Positions 12,803 through 26,170 of a DNA stretch of 64,000 bases are shown in pieces. How positions within the stretch are numbered: position 1 is the first letter of the stretch; each line of letters starts with the position of its first letter. Both the position numbers and the translations under genes were made by a program. The notes under the pieces are model-generated. The model saw only the letters and a program-made list of their open reading frames with translations, made no database searches and was not told the DNA's origin. The DNA is from Eledone cirrhosa (Eukaryota), in the NCBI GenBank assembly GCA_964016885.1, contig OZ024747.1, forward strand, positions 44,516,001 through 44,580,000, in the 5' to 3' direction.

Positions 12803-13656
12803 CCAATCCAACAAAATATAAATGTAGTCAACTTTGTTGTAATTTCTAGAATTCTCCATGGGTCCAGTCACACTTCATTCATCAGCATTAATATCCTCTT
12901 CCAGAAGAGGGAGTGAAAGTGTACTTGTCTGTTTCCTTTTAGTATTTGAACATGCTTTAACTCTTTCATTACAATATTTCTAATGTAAAACACTGCTCAT
13001 GATTTTCAAGTAGTTTTGAAAATATAAAATTTGGAGGAATTTAGTAAGATAACAAACTTTTGTTTTGTTAATCTGGTGTTTAAAACATGACATGATTATG
13101 AATGTTTTAAAACAAATAGTTTTGAATTGTAAAACTAGGGGCGGTTTAATTGAGAAAAGTTTTTTGTAAGATAGGAAAAAAAAAGAGACTTATTCCCAAC
13201 TTTTTATGATATTAAGAAACAATTCGACTTTCATTTTAAGTTATCTATTTCAATTTCTGAAACATTGTAATTATATATATTTTGTGTCTGAATGCATATG
13301 TATACATATATGTATGAATATAAATATATATATATGCAAACACACTATCTATAAACTTGGATTTCAATAAATTCTACATAAAATTGATTTAATGTTCAAT
13401 GGAAAGTACATGAGCATATTAAGAAATCTTTTCACTCTTTTTATGTATTTTATTTTAATACAATTTATTTTTTCAGCAGTGTATTTTTGGATATTCTAAA
13501 ATTAAATTTCGATGCAATGTAGATCTCAATTTTATAGACTAAAATTAAATACACAATACACCTTTATTTACCACATCATTGATTCAAATTGAACAAAGAC
13601 CAGGCAGAAGAAAACAACAGTAGATGGCAGCGAAGTATTATGTGCTTCCAAGTAAC

Positions 13657-13705
<49 letters not shown>

Positions 13706-13872
13706 TATAGAAATGGTTATTATGCAATAAACAGATGATGTTCTGAAATCATTTGATTTTAGTTTTATATATGTGTGTGTGTGTGTGTGTTTATTTATAT
13801 ATATATATTCCTTTTGTCACAATTCTTGTGTATGTAGGCATATATAAGTGTGTGTTTGGAAATTATACTTAT

Positions 13873-13905
<33 letters not shown>

Positions 13906-14674
13906 ACTTTCTAAAGCTTTCATTTAAGCACTCTATTCTTTTCATCCTGTTCACAGTTCTGTCTTTATTGAATGCACCAACATTTAAAAATAATCTTGTT
14001 TATTTCACAACATGATAAGTCAATGGTTATAATTTTGAGTTTTGAATTGAATTAATAGCTTGCTTGTGTAGAAGCAAAAATCTTACCACCGTCATAATCA
14101 TTGACTGCATGAGTGGAAAACTACTACCAAAATATTTATTAAATGATGTAATATTGTTACTAAAAGATCAGACTGCTAGTTGAATTTTTAATCAAGTTAT
14201 AACAGTGCACTATCTTCCATAGTGAAGCACTTTATTGAATAGAGCTTGCTAAAATATAGACTTTAAAGAAGATAATAAATGCTTAACATGTAATTTTGAA
14301 TAAATTAAATCTCTGAAAGCAAGAAAGAAACAAAGAAAAAAGAAGTAGAACATCATGAAGTAATATACCTTTTAGAAAAGATTTTAAAAGATTGTAATTC
14401 AAGTTAAAACTTTTCATATTTCAAATAAATGAAATCTAAAACAAAGAAATTCTAAGTTTCCAATCTCTCTTTCTCTACACATACACAAATATATATATAT
14501 AATCATTTTCAGACTGCTGCTGATAAATAGCATGGGTTGGACACAAAGTTTTGAAGTAATATTGTAGAGTTGGATGTCCTTCCTGACAGCCTATTTAGTT
14601 GTTTCTTATGATGTGCTGGAATATGGTGTACCTATTCTAAACTGGATGAATACATTCATATATATATATATAAC

Positions 14675-14714
14675 ATCACTGATGATGTCACAGGTGTGTG
14701 ACGAGAGAACTCTG
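14675..14714 (+). ncRNA. Degenerate minimal hammerhead motif (homolog of 17589-17631)
   Basis: ATCA-CTGATGA-t-GTCACA ggtg TGTGAC-GAGA-gaac-TC-TGA; the GAAA box is mutated to GAGA. Confidence 0.45.
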
Positions 14715-15900
14715 AGAAACTATATTTATGTCTATATTTTTAACTGTTGGTCAATCAATGATAAACATTGATTGCCAACTGAAGCGAAAACCAACTCAAA
14801 CAGAACATTGAGTGTGTGTTACTATATATTCTTCTAGTAATATTATAACAATATGACCCTCACCAACTCACCAAATATAACAATATAACTATATATATAT
14901 ATATATATGTCATATCCTATCATATATTAGAATTAATATATTTAACTGCTTTTCTATCTACAATATTTCTTTCACTATAAACCAAATATTTGACCAATGC
15001 TCAAAATTGAATTCCAATGACCACCAGTTTCAAAACCTCATTTGTTTATTATACTGGTTTCTGATCGGTTTCTGATCTAACATTATTTATTTGTCCTGTT
15101 CAAAAATCGAATACTTGGGGCTTTTAATTCTATTGAAATCTTTGCAAAATAACAGTAGTAGATAATTAAACTAGTAAAAGAGAGAAATAGACAGGCATCT
15201 ATCTTCTATTGTTTCATGCACCATCCAGGTTTCACTGCCTTTCAGTTTGACATTTTTGACATAAGACATGAACAAGCTGACATCTTGAATGTAATAGGAA
15301 CCATTTTGTTGACAGCAGATTCAAGATTTTTGGAAAGTTCTTGTGATCATGACAGAAACTTACCTCTACGATATATCAACTCCCCTTTTAACACTGATTA
15401 AGTTTTATGACTAACATTTCTGTGCATTATGTCACATACAACATTATATTATATTACTTATCTCTTTATATTGTTAAAGATTTTTCCAGCATTTTTGCCA
15501 AAACCTTTTAGCAGACATCTATTTTCTTACGTACATCATTTTAAAAGTAAACCCATTTATATTATGTGAGGAAAACTTAAAGGAAACAGACAAAGAAAGA
15601 AATACATAAATAATATACTTAAAAACACACTCACACACACACATACTCACACACATATACACATGCACACAAATGTCAAGTATAGAAATAAGAATGAATG
15701 TGTATAAGTGTGTGCATATATTTTTGTTTCATTGCTTATGTGGACAAGTGTGTGGATGCTACGCATGTGCAAATATCTGCATATTAATGTGTATGTGTGT
15801 GTGGGGGGGGGGGGGGGGGCTATGAGTAGATAACTGTAGAATAATGCATAAGTAAGATATGTGTGAACATATATTTATTAGTATGTGTGTATATATATAT

Positions 15901-16510
15901 GGTGGCTGCCAACTCGTTTTCGAGTATGGCCACTACTTTATATCCATGTAGGAGAACCCCTACCGATGCGCTGAACGAGTGTGACTTTTTAGTCCAGCCA
16001 GTGACTTGAAAACTCTGGTACAAACACTACACTTGTGACAATTATTGACACATAGTGCTGAGCCCATGGTACCTTGTGACGACAAGTGCAGAGAGATCTC
16101 CAGATATAAAGCAATGCCTGTGCTGTGAAGCTTTTATAGTGAGCAAAGGCACTGCACAAAGCCAGTCCCACTCTCTTAACCAAGATGATATTTACTAAAA
16201 AGAAGAACAAGTCAACATCATTGGATAGCATCAGGGTTGCAGGTGTTATATCAGAGTTTTCCTTCTCCTAGAATTCTGCCTTGACAAAGGCTAAGGGGTC
16301 ATCTCTCCCGGTGATTTTGGATGGCCATTGACTCTTAAGAGCTCCTTTGCCCTTTGACAGGTTTTGTTTTTAGTCCTGCAGGATGTCCAAAGTCACCCTC
16401 CTCACCAAGAAACCTTGGTGGGGTTGTCAGTTTAGTTGCCAACGACCCGACCATGAGACAGGTTGTACTGGGATACATGTTACCAGTAGCACCAACTGGT
16501 GACCTGACAT
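15901..16510 (-). mobile_element. Non-autonomous bipartite RTE derivative, copy 1 (longest 5' end)
   Basis: RTE-type 5' UTR motif CTAGGAGAAGGAAAACTCTGAT is fused to a terminal C2H2 finger remnant (HKCSVCTRVFKSLAGLKSHT) and a 3' stem-loop. It is flanked by microsatellites. Confidence 0.8.
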
Positions 16511-16539
16511 AATAAATATACACACATACTAATAAATAT

Positions 16540-16616
<77 letters not shown>

Positions 16617-16680
16617 CACATACACATACACACACACACACATATATATATACACATACACACACACATATACATATATG

Positions 16681-17705
16681 TAGAAGCCGATGGTCGCTCC
16701 AGGCGTATGTTTTGTTATTGAACTTAAACACATGGCCTTTTAGGGTAGTTTTAATAATCACTCCCACTGCATATGTGATCATTCTTCTCACCTGGTCATG
16801 GTTTCCAGAGGTCCATATGGAATAACATAGAAAGAACTAAGAAAAAGATAGAGAAGGCCAACTAATGGTATGAATGTCATGTTCGTCAATACTAGCCCTA
16901 GAGGTGAACTAGCGTATTGTTTTAGAAGAGCTTTAGAAAAAATGAACCTTAGGATTAAAGTAGTAGAAAAACCAGGAGCTACCATAAAATCAATAGGACA
17001 TACCACTTTAGGAAAAATCCCTGTACTGATAGAAATGGTATAGTCTGTAAGATAAGCACATAGATAAATTTTAAAACTAGAAATATAGTTTGTAGGATAA
17101 GATGTACAAAGGGACAATGCAGAAGTAAGACAACGGCATTCATAGGAGACAGCCTGTAGTATAAGAGAGAGATTAAAGGAACCCTGTTAAACTAGAACAC
17201 AAGAGCTCAATAGATAACATAGAAATAAAGATCCTATCCACACATGGAACTGACGCAACACGTAGACAAATTACGGAGGCCACTCACATAATAGAAGATA
17301 ATCCTAGCCTGAACAGAAAACTTGAGTGGAATAGTAACAGCCTGCAACTTAATGACTGAAGACAGAATAAAAAGACAAACAAGACACAAACAGAATAGCA
17401 GCAAAAGGTACAAACCCACACACACATATTAAACACATGTAGACATAACAAACACAAGAACACATACACACACAGATGCAAATGCAAATGCATTCATGGA
17501 CACGAAACACAAAAAAAAGCACCACAAAACAAAGAGAAGATGGAGTAGAAGTTTAGGAGTAGGATAAAGAGAAGGCACAAAACAGATAATCATTGAGGAA
17601 GTCACAGAAGCTGTGATGAAAGAACTTTGATAAAAACGAACAATAAAGATAAAGTGAAAATTATATGGTGGATGCGTTTCTTTCTATTTGCAATATTGTC
17701 AGCAA
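16681..17705 (+). mobile_element. Penelope-like element (PLE) 3' remnant with an inverted 5' piece
   Basis: Plus strand gives MFVNTSPRGELAYCFRRALEKMNLRIKVVEKPGATIKS (linker) and NIVCRIRCTKGQC..AFIG/TACSIRERLKE (GIY-YIG-like). 16690-16800 on the minus strand reads KGHVFKFNNKTY (PLE RT-like). The 3' end has a hammerhead remnant and AATAAA at 17642. Confidence 0.75.
17589..17631 (+). ncRNA. Minimal hammerhead remnant at the PLE 3' end
   Basis: ATCA-TTGAGGA-a-GTCACAG aag CTGTGAT-GAAA-gaac-TT-TGAT; core position C3 is mutated to U. Confidence 0.55.
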
Positions 17706-17894
17706 GAGAGAGAGAGTGTGTGTGTGTGTGTGTGCGTGTGTGTGTGTGTTGGACAGCCATAGTGTCCAACAAGAATTGTTCAGATTATTCAACCAACAGA
17801 ATAGCCTGCTTGTGAAATTAAGATACAATTGGTTGAGTATTCCACAAACACATGTACTCATAACATAGTTCTCAGGGTGATTCAACATGACATA

Positions 17895-18050
17895 ATTGTT
17901 TCTACTATTGGCACAAGGCCAGCAATTACTCCAGTACATTACTGGTACTTTATTTTATCGACCCCCGTAAGGATGAAAGGCAAAGTGAACCTCGGCGGGA
18001 TTTGAACTCACACTATAAAGGGGCCTAACTCTATGCTGCAAAGCATGACA
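17895..18050 (-). mobile_element. SINE family A (5' truncated)
   Basis: GGTACTTTATTTTATCGACCCCCGTAAGGATGAAAGGC..GGGATTTGAACTC. Confidence 0.85.
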
Positions 18051-18069
18051 TAATGAGTGACAAGTATGG

Positions 18070-18205
18070 CCCTATTTGCCAGCTGAGTGGACTGGAGCAA
18101 TATAAATAGGTCTCTTGCTCAAGGACACAATGTGCCACTGAGAATCAAACCCATGACCATAAGATCCTGAGTGGAACACTTTAACCACTGAACCATGTAC
18201 CTTCA
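18070..18205 (-). mobile_element. SINE family B
   Basis: CAGCTGAGTGGACTGGAGCAA..CTTGCTCAAGGACACAA..TTAACCACTGAACCA. Confidence 0.75.
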
Positions 18206-18344
18206 TACATCTCACTAAGGTGTGTGTGTGTGTAATAGTGTACCTGCCACTAATGTGTGAGTGTGTGTGTCTACATCTGTCATTAGTATGTCCATACCTA
18301 CCAGTTATGTGTGTTAGTGTCTATATACACACACATGTGCAAAG

Positions 18345-18985
18345 GCGGGTGCTATAGAAGTGGTGGATAGCTTCCTGTACCTAGGAGATCAGATTAGCAT
18401 GAGGGGGGGGGGGGGGGTTCCAAGGCCATAGTATCTAGAATAAGGATGGGTTGGAATAAGTTTAGGGAGCTGCTTCCTCTCCCGACGAAGAAGGGTTTCT
18501 CCCTGCGTACGAAAGGCCGGTTATATGATGCCTGTGTGAGATGCACGATGATGCATGGTAGTGAGACATGGGCAGCAACTGCAGTGGATATGTGATGGCT
18601 GGAGAGAAATGAGGCAAGCATGCTCCGTTGGATGTGCAATGTCAATGTGCGTCAACGACCCAGTATGGATGTGTTGAGAGAGAAACTGTGACTGAGAGGG
18701 ATAGAATGTAGTGTGCGAGAGAGGAGACTGTGGTGGTATGGACATGTGATGCGCATGGAGGATGACCGATGGGTGAAGAAGTGCCAGGAAATACCAGTTG
18801 AAGGAAGACGTGGTAGAGGTAGACCACGAAAAACATTGGCGGAGTTGGTGAGAACAGACCTCAGATCACTGAAGCTCACGGCGGAGATGACGAAGGACCG
18901 TGACAAGTGGAGAGATGCTGTGCTAAATAAGACCCGTCCCACCCTTGGAAGCAGGGAAAAGCGGACGTAAAAATGATGATGATGT
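18345..18985 (+). mobile_element. RTE LINE 3' fragment (diverged subfamily)
   Basis: IEVVDSFLYLGDQIS and RERRLWWYGHVMRMEDDRWVKKCQEIPVEGRRGRGRPRKT, followed by a (GAT)n tail. Confidence 0.9.
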
Positions 18986-19156
18986 GTGACTATGTCCCCT
19001 CACTTGTCACTACTGTTGTCTGTGAGTCTACATATGTCAGTGGATGTGTATGTAGACATCGGTATATATATGTGTGTATATGTGCATATTTGCTAATGGA
19101 TATGTAGGCAAATATGTGTCTATGTGTATATGTCGACTAAGGGAATATGTATACTC

Positions 19157-19448
19157 CAGTGGCGAAGGGTAACCTGGAAAGCAGGGCATGCAGTCCACTC
19201 GCCATGGTAGAAAGTGGGGCTGTGCAGCCTTACCCCACCCCCTTTACCCCACCCCAATCCCCTCTAAATGACCCCCCCTGTCAAAGCCGCATGTAGTGTT
19301 ATCTAGTGTGTGTGTGTGTTATCTTTTTATATGCCTACGATTTAGTAAGCAGCCACAATTCTGCTTGCTTCAACCAACGCAATTGATCAACTCAAGATTC
19401 TATAATGCATGCACTGCATGCGTTGCATGCACGCACCCTTCGCCCCTG
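19157..19448. mobile_element. hAT-type MITE
   Basis: TIRs CAGTGGCGAAGGGT / ACCCTTCGCCCCTG (13/14 match) and a perfect 8-bp TSD GTATACTC at 19149-19156 and 19449-19456. Confidence 0.85.
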
Positions 19449-19829
19449 GTATACTCATATATGATTGTGCATGTGTGCTTTCTAATGGATGTATATTCTT
19501 GTATTCTTTTAGTGGTTTTAGTCATTACACTGTGGCCATGCTGGGGCACACCTTGGTTTAGTCAATTATATCAATATATTTGCATATGTACTTTCATACA
19601 TGCATACATACATAAATACACACACACACACAACATTCACATACACACATACATACATACATGTGTGTGTGTTGGGGGGGGGAGTCTGTTAACCAACCAG
19701 TAGATGTGTGTGAGTGAATGCTAATAGATATGTGTGTGTGTCTGCTATTGAATGTGTACAAAGCTATATGTGTTTGTATGTGTATGTATCTACTAGTGGA
19801 TATGTTTGTCATTGTTACTAAATGTTTGT

Positions 19830-20600
19830 GTTTGTGTGTCTGCTAGTAAATAGCTGTGTGTGTGTGTCTGTCTGCTGGTAAATGGCTGTGTGTGTGTGTG
19901 TCTGCTAGTAAATGGCTGTGTGTGTTTGTGTGTCTGCTAGTAAATGGCTGTGTGTTTGTGTGTGTGTCTGTTAATAAATGGCTGTGTGTGTGTTTATCTG
20001 TCTGCTAGTAAACGGCTGTGTGTGTGTGTGCTAGTAAATGGCTGTGTGTGTTTGTGTGTGTGTGCTAGTAAATGGCTGTGTGTGTGTGTCTGTCTGCTAG
20101 TAAACGGCTGTGTGTGTGTGTATGTGTCTGCTAGTAAACGGCTGTGTGTGTGTGTCTGCTAGTAAACGGCTGTGTGTGTGTGTCTGCTAGTAAACGGCTG
20201 TGTGTGTGTGTGTTTATCTGTCTGCTAGTAAATGGATATGTGTGTGTATGTGTGTCTGTCTGCTAGTAAATGGCTGTGTGTGTGTGTGTGTGTCTGCTAG
20301 TAAATGTGTGTGTGTGTCTGTTAATAAATGGCTGTGTGTGTTTATCTGTCTGCTAGTAAACGGCTGTGTGTGTGTGTCTGTCTTCTAGTAAATAGCTGTG
20401 TGTGTGTGTGTGTCTGCTAGTAAAAGGCTGTGTGTGTGTTTATCTGTCTGCTAGTAAATGACTGTGTGCGTGTGTGTATGTGTGTCTGTCTGCTAGTAAA
20501 TGGCTGTGTGTGTGTGTGTCTGCTAGTAAATGGCTGTGTGTGTGTGTGTGTGTCTGCTAGTAAATGGCTGTGTGTGTGTGTGTCTGCTAGTAAATGGTTG
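19830..20600. repeat. Minisatellite 1: TCTGCTAGTAAATGGCTG+(TG)n
   Basis: More than 20 units with a constant core and variable (TG)n. Confidence 0.95.
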
Positions 20601-20614
20601 TGTATGTATGTGTG

Positions 20615-21310
20615 TATGTATATGTGCAAGTGGATGGCTGTGTATGTGTGCAAGTGGATGACTGTGTATGTATGTATATGTACAAGTGGATGGCTGTGTG
20701 TGTGTGTATGTATGTATGTATATGTGCAAGTGGATGGCTGTGTGTGTATGTATGTATGTATATGTGCAAGTAAATGGCTGTGTGTATGTGTGTATGTATG
20801 TATATGTGCAAGTGGATGGCTGTGTATGTATGTATGTATGTGTGTATGTATGTGTGAGAGAGATGACCCCTTAGCCTTTGTCAAGGCAGAATTCTAGGAG
20901 AAGGAAAACTCTGATATAACACCTGCAGCCCTGATGGTATCCAATGATGTTGACATGTTCTTCTTTTTGGTAAATATCATCTTGGTTAAGAGAGTGGGAC
21001 TGGCTTTGTGCAGTGCCTTTGCTCACTATAAAAGCTTCACGGCACAGGCATTGCCTTATATCTGGAGATCTCTCTGTACTTGTCGTCACATGGTACCATG
21101 GGCCCAGCACTGTGTCAATAATTGTCACAGGTGTAGTGTTTGTACCAGAGTATTCAAGTCGCTGGCTGGACTAAAAAGTCGCACTCGTTCAGCGCATCGG
21201 TAGGGGTTCTCCTACATGGATATAAAGTAGTGGCCGTACTCGAAAACGAGTTGGCAGCCACCATGTATGTGTATATGTATGTACGTGTATATGTGCAAGT
21301 GGATGGCTGT
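20615..21310. repeat. Minisatellite 2: ATATGTGCAAGTGGATGGCTG+(TGTA)n, interrupted by an element
   Basis: Units at 20620-20850, with one more at ~21290. Confidence 0.9.
20858..21262 (+). mobile_element. Non-autonomous bipartite RTE derivative, copy 2 (5' truncated)
   Basis: Near-identical to copy 1 from GAGATGACCCCTTAG; ORF 20934..21203 ends CSVCTRVFKSLAGLKSRTRSAHR. Confidence 0.85.
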
Positions 21311-21529
21311 GTATGTATGTATGTGTGTATGTATGTATGTGTGTATGTATGTATGTATGTGTGTATGTATGTATCTGTCAGTTGATGACTGTATCATATA
21401 TACTAGAGGCTGAACATGTTTATCTGCTGGTGTCTCCCACCATGTCTCTTAGTAGCTGTCTGTGTGCTGGCTCCTAGATACATATGCACAACCACTACTG
21501 GTTCCGCCAAGGGAATGTCTGTGTATATA

Positions 21530-22990
21530 TATGACTGCTAGCAGTTGTCTGTGTATGTCACTGCTTGTGAATGTGTGTGTATGTGACTGCTTGTGAATGT
21601 GTGTGTATGTGACTGCTTGTGATTGTGTGTGTATGTGACTGCTTGTGAATGTGTGTGTGTGACTGCTTGTGAATGTGTGTGTATGTGACTGCTTGTGAAT
21701 GTGTGTGTATGTGACTGCTTGTGAATGTGTGTGTATGTGACTGCTTGTGAATGTGTGTGTATGTGACTGCTTGTGAATGTGTGTGTATGTGACTGCTTGT
21801 GAATGTGTGTGTATGTGACTGCTTGTGAATGTGTGTGTATGTGACTGCTTGTGAATGTGTGTGTGTGACTGCTAGCAGTTGTCTGTGTATGTCACTGCTT
21901 GTGAATGTGTGTGTATGTGACTGCTTGTGAATGTGTGTGTATGTGACTGCTTGTGAATGTGTGTGTATGTCACTGCTTGTGAATGTGTGTGTATGTGACT
22001 GCTTGTGATTGTCTGTGTATGTCACTGCTTGTGAATGTGTGTGTATGTGACTGCTGTGATTGTCTGTGTATGTGACTGTTTGTGAATGTGTGTGTATGTG
22101 ATTGCTTATGAATGTGTGTGTATGTGACTGCTTGTGATTGTGTGTATGTATGTGACTGTTTGTGAATGTGTATGTATGTTAGTGCTTGTGATTGTGTGTG
22201 TGTATGTGACTGCTTGTGATTGTGTGTGTATGTGACTGCTTCTGATTGTGTGTGTATGTCACTGCTTGTGAATGTGTGTGTATGTCACTGATTGTGATTG
22301 TATGTGTGTATGTGACTGCTTGTGATTGTGTGTGTATGTGACTGCTTATGAATGTGTGTGTATGTGACTGCTTGTGAATGTGTGTGTGTATGTCACTGCT
22401 TGTGAATGTGTGTGTATGTCACTGCTTGTGAATGTGTGTGTATGTGACTGCTTGTGAATGTGTGTGTATGTGATTGCTTATGAATGTGTGTGTATGTGAC
22501 TGCTTGTGAATGTGTGTGTATGTGATTGCTTGTGATTGTGTGTATGTATGTGACTGCTTGTGAATGTGTGTGTATGTCACTGCTTGTGAATGTGTGTGTA
22601 TGTGACTGCTAGCAGTTGTCTGTGTATGTCACTGCTTGTGAATGTGTGTGTATGTCACTGCTTGTGATTGTGTGTGTATGTGACTGCTTGTGAATGTGTG
22701 TGTGTATGTGACTGCTGGTGATTGTGTGTGTATGTCACTGCTTGTGATTGTCTGTGTATGTCACTGCTTGTGAATGTGTGTGTATGTGACTGCTTGTGAA
22801 TGTGTGTGTATGTCACTGCTTGTGAATGTGTGTGTATGTCACTGCTTGTGATTGTGTGTGTATGTGACTGCTTGTGATTGTGTGTATGTATGTGACTGCT
22901 TATGAATGTGTGTGTATGTGACTGCTTGTGATTGTGTGTGTATGTGACTGCTTGTGAATGTGTGTGTGTATGTGACTGCTTGTCAATGTG
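21530..22990. repeat. Minisatellite 3: 26-bp GTATGTGACTGCTTGTGAATGTGTGT
   Basis: Roughly 55 tandem units read directly. Confidence 0.97.
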
Positions 22991-25593
22991 TGCGTCTTTG
23001 ATTGATTAGTTTAGGCTGTCTCTGCTCATTGATGTAAATTTCATAAACACAGACACACACACACACACACATATATATGTGAGTGTGTGTGTGTGTGTGT
23101 ATGCACAAGTGAAGAAATATCTGTGTACAAATCTATCTGTGAATGAATGTTTCTATGTCTGTGTATCTGACTGAGGTTATGGAGGGATATTTCAGGGAAT
23201 TCTTTTGTGTATGTGTATACAACCTGTTAATGAGAGTGTGACTGAGTGAATGTGTGTGTATGTATGTGTGTGTATATATATATATATGTGAGAGTAGTGT
23301 GACTGTCAGTGAATGTTGTGTGTATGTATGTGTGTGTATATATATGTATATGTGAGAGCAGTGTGACTGTCAGTGAATGGTGTGTGTATGTATGTGTGTG
23401 TATATATGTATATGTGAGAGTAGTGTGACTGTCAGTGAATGTTGTGTGTATGTATGTACGTGTATATATATATATGTGAGAGTAGTGTGACTGTCAGTGA
23501 ATGGTGTGTGTATGTATGTGTGTATATATATATATATGTATGAGAGCAGTGTGACTGTCAGTCAATGGTGTGTGTATGTATGTGTGTGTATGTATATATG
23601 TGTGAGAGTAGTGTGACTGTCAGTGAATGTTGTGTGTATGTGTATATATGTATATGTGAGAGTAGTGTGACTGTCAGTGAATGTGTGTGTATGTATGTAT
23701 GTGTGTGTATGTATATATGTGTGAGAGTAGTGTGACTGTCAGTGAATGTTGTGTGTATGTATGTGTATATATATATATATGTGTGAGAGTAGTGTGACTG
23801 TCAGTGAATGTTGTGTATATGTATGTGTGTATATATATATATGTGAGAGTAGTGTGACTGTCAGTGAATGTTGTGTGTATGTATATGTGTATATATATAT
23901 ATGTGAGAGTAGTGTGTCTGTCAGTGAATGGTGTGTGTATGTATGTGTGTATATATATATGTGTGTGAGAGTAGTGTGACTGTCAGTGAATGTTGTATGT
24001 ATGTATGTATGTGTGTATATATATATGTGTGAGTAGTGTGACTGTCAGTGAATGGTGTGTGTATGTATGTGTGTATATATATATGTGTGTGAGAGTAGTG
24101 TGACTGTCAGTGAATGGTGTGTGTATGTATGTGTGTATATATATATGTGTGTGAGAGTAGTGTGACTGTCAGTGAATGTTGTGTGTATGTATGTGTGTGT
24201 ATATATATATATGAGAGTAGTGTGACTGTCAGTGAATGTTATGTGTATGTATGTGTGTATATATATATGTGTGTGAGAGTAGTGTGACTGTCAGTGAATG
24301 TTGTGTGTATGTATGTGTGTGTATATATATATATGTGAGAGTAGTGTGACTGTCAGTGAATGGTGTGTGTATGTATGTGTGTATATATATATGTGAGAGT
24401 AGTGTGACTGTCAGTGAATGTTGAGTGTATGTATGTGTGTATATATATATATGTGTTAGAGTAGTGTGACTGTCAGTGAATGTTGTGTGTATGTATGTGT
24501 GTGTATATATATATATGTGTGAGAGTAGTGTGACTGTCAGTGAATGTTGTGTGTATGTATGTATGTGTATATATATATGTGTGTGTGAGAGTAGTGTGAC
24601 TGTCAGTGAATGTTGTGTGTATGTATGTGTGTGTATATATGTGAGAGTAGTGTGACTGTCAGTGAATGGTGTGTGTATGTGTGTGTATATATATATGTGT
24701 TAGAGTAGTGTGACTGTCAGTGAATGTTGTGTGTATGTATGTGTGTATATATATATATATGTGTGAGAGTAGTGTGACAGTCAGTAAATGTTGTGTGTAT
24801 GTATGTGTGTGTATATATGTGAGAGTAGTGTGACTGTCAGTGAATGTTGCGTGTATGTGTATATATATATATATATATATGTGAGAGTAGTGTGACTGTC
24901 AGTGAATGCTGTGTGTATGTGTGTATATATATATATGTGAGAGTAGTGTAACTGTCAGTGAATGTTGTGTGTATGTATGTGTGTGTATATATATATGTGT
25001 GTGAGTGTAGTGTGACTGTCAGTGAATGCTGTGTGTATGTATGTGTGTATATATATATATGTGAGAGTAGTGTGACTGTCAGTGAATGCTGTGTGTATGT
25101 ATGTGTATATATATATATATGTGTGAGAGTAGTGTGACTGTCAGTGAATGTTGTGTGTATGTATGTGTGTATATATATATATGTGACAGCAGTGTGACTG
25201 TCAGTGAATGTTGTGTGTATGTATGTGTGTATATATATATATGTGAGAGTAGTGTGACTGTCAGTGAATGCTGTGTGTATGTGTGTGTATATATATATGT
25301 GTGAGTAGTGTGACTGTCAGTGAATGGTGTGTGTATGTATGTGTATATATATATATGTGAGAATAGTGTGACTGTCAGTGAATGTTGTGCGTATGTATGT
25401 GTGTGTATATATATATATGTGACAGTAGTGTGACTGTCAGTGAATGCTGTGTGTATGTGTGTGTATATATATATATATGTGTGTGTAGTGTGACTGTCAG
25501 TGAATGTTGTGTGTATGTGTGTGTATATATATATATATATGTGAGAGTAGTGTGACTGTCAGTGAATGTTGTGTGTATGTATGTGTGTATATA

Positions 25594-26170
25594 TGTATCC
25601 CAGTACAACCTGTCTCATGGTCGGGTCGTTGGCGACTAAACTGGCAACCCCACCAAGGTTTCTTGGTGAGGAGGGTGACTTTGGACATCCTGCAGGACTA
25701 TAAACAAAACCTGTCAAAGGGCAAAGGAGCTCGTAAGAGTCAATGGCCATCCAAAATCACCGGGAGAGATGACCCCTTAGCCTTTGTCAAGGCAGAATTC
25801 TAGGAGAAGGAAAACTCTGATATAACACCTGCAACCCTGATGGTATCCAATGATGTTGACATGTTCTTCTTTTTGGTAAATATCATCTAGGTTAAGAGAG
25901 TGGGACTGGCTTTGTGCAGAGCCTTTGCTCACTATAAAAGCTTCACGGCACAGGCATTGCTTTATATCTGGAGATCTCTCTGCACTTGTCGTCACATGGT
26001 GCCATGGGCCCAGCACTATGTGTCAATAATTGTCACAAGTGTAGTGTTTGTACCAGAGTTTTCAAGTCGCTGGCTGGACTAAAAAGTCACACTCGTTCAG
26101 CGCATCGGTAGGGGTTCTCCTACATGGATATAAAGTAGTGGCCGTACTCGAAAACGAGTTGGAAGCCACC
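25594..26170 (+). mobile_element. Non-autonomous bipartite RTE derivative, copy 3
   Basis: Runs from GTATCCCAGTACAACC to GGCCGTACTCGAAAACGAGTTGGAAGCCACC inside minisatellite 4. Confidence 0.85.

Noticed and set aside
13616-13631. CTCF-like motif CAGTAGATGGCAGC
   Set aside because: A single imperfect match in 64 kb is expected by chance.
16395-16510. Assignment of the bipartite element leader as HDV-like, twister or pistol
   Set aside because: The required elements (P1.1 GG after P1, twister L4, pistol P2/P3) could not be placed, so it is kept only as an unclassified candidate.
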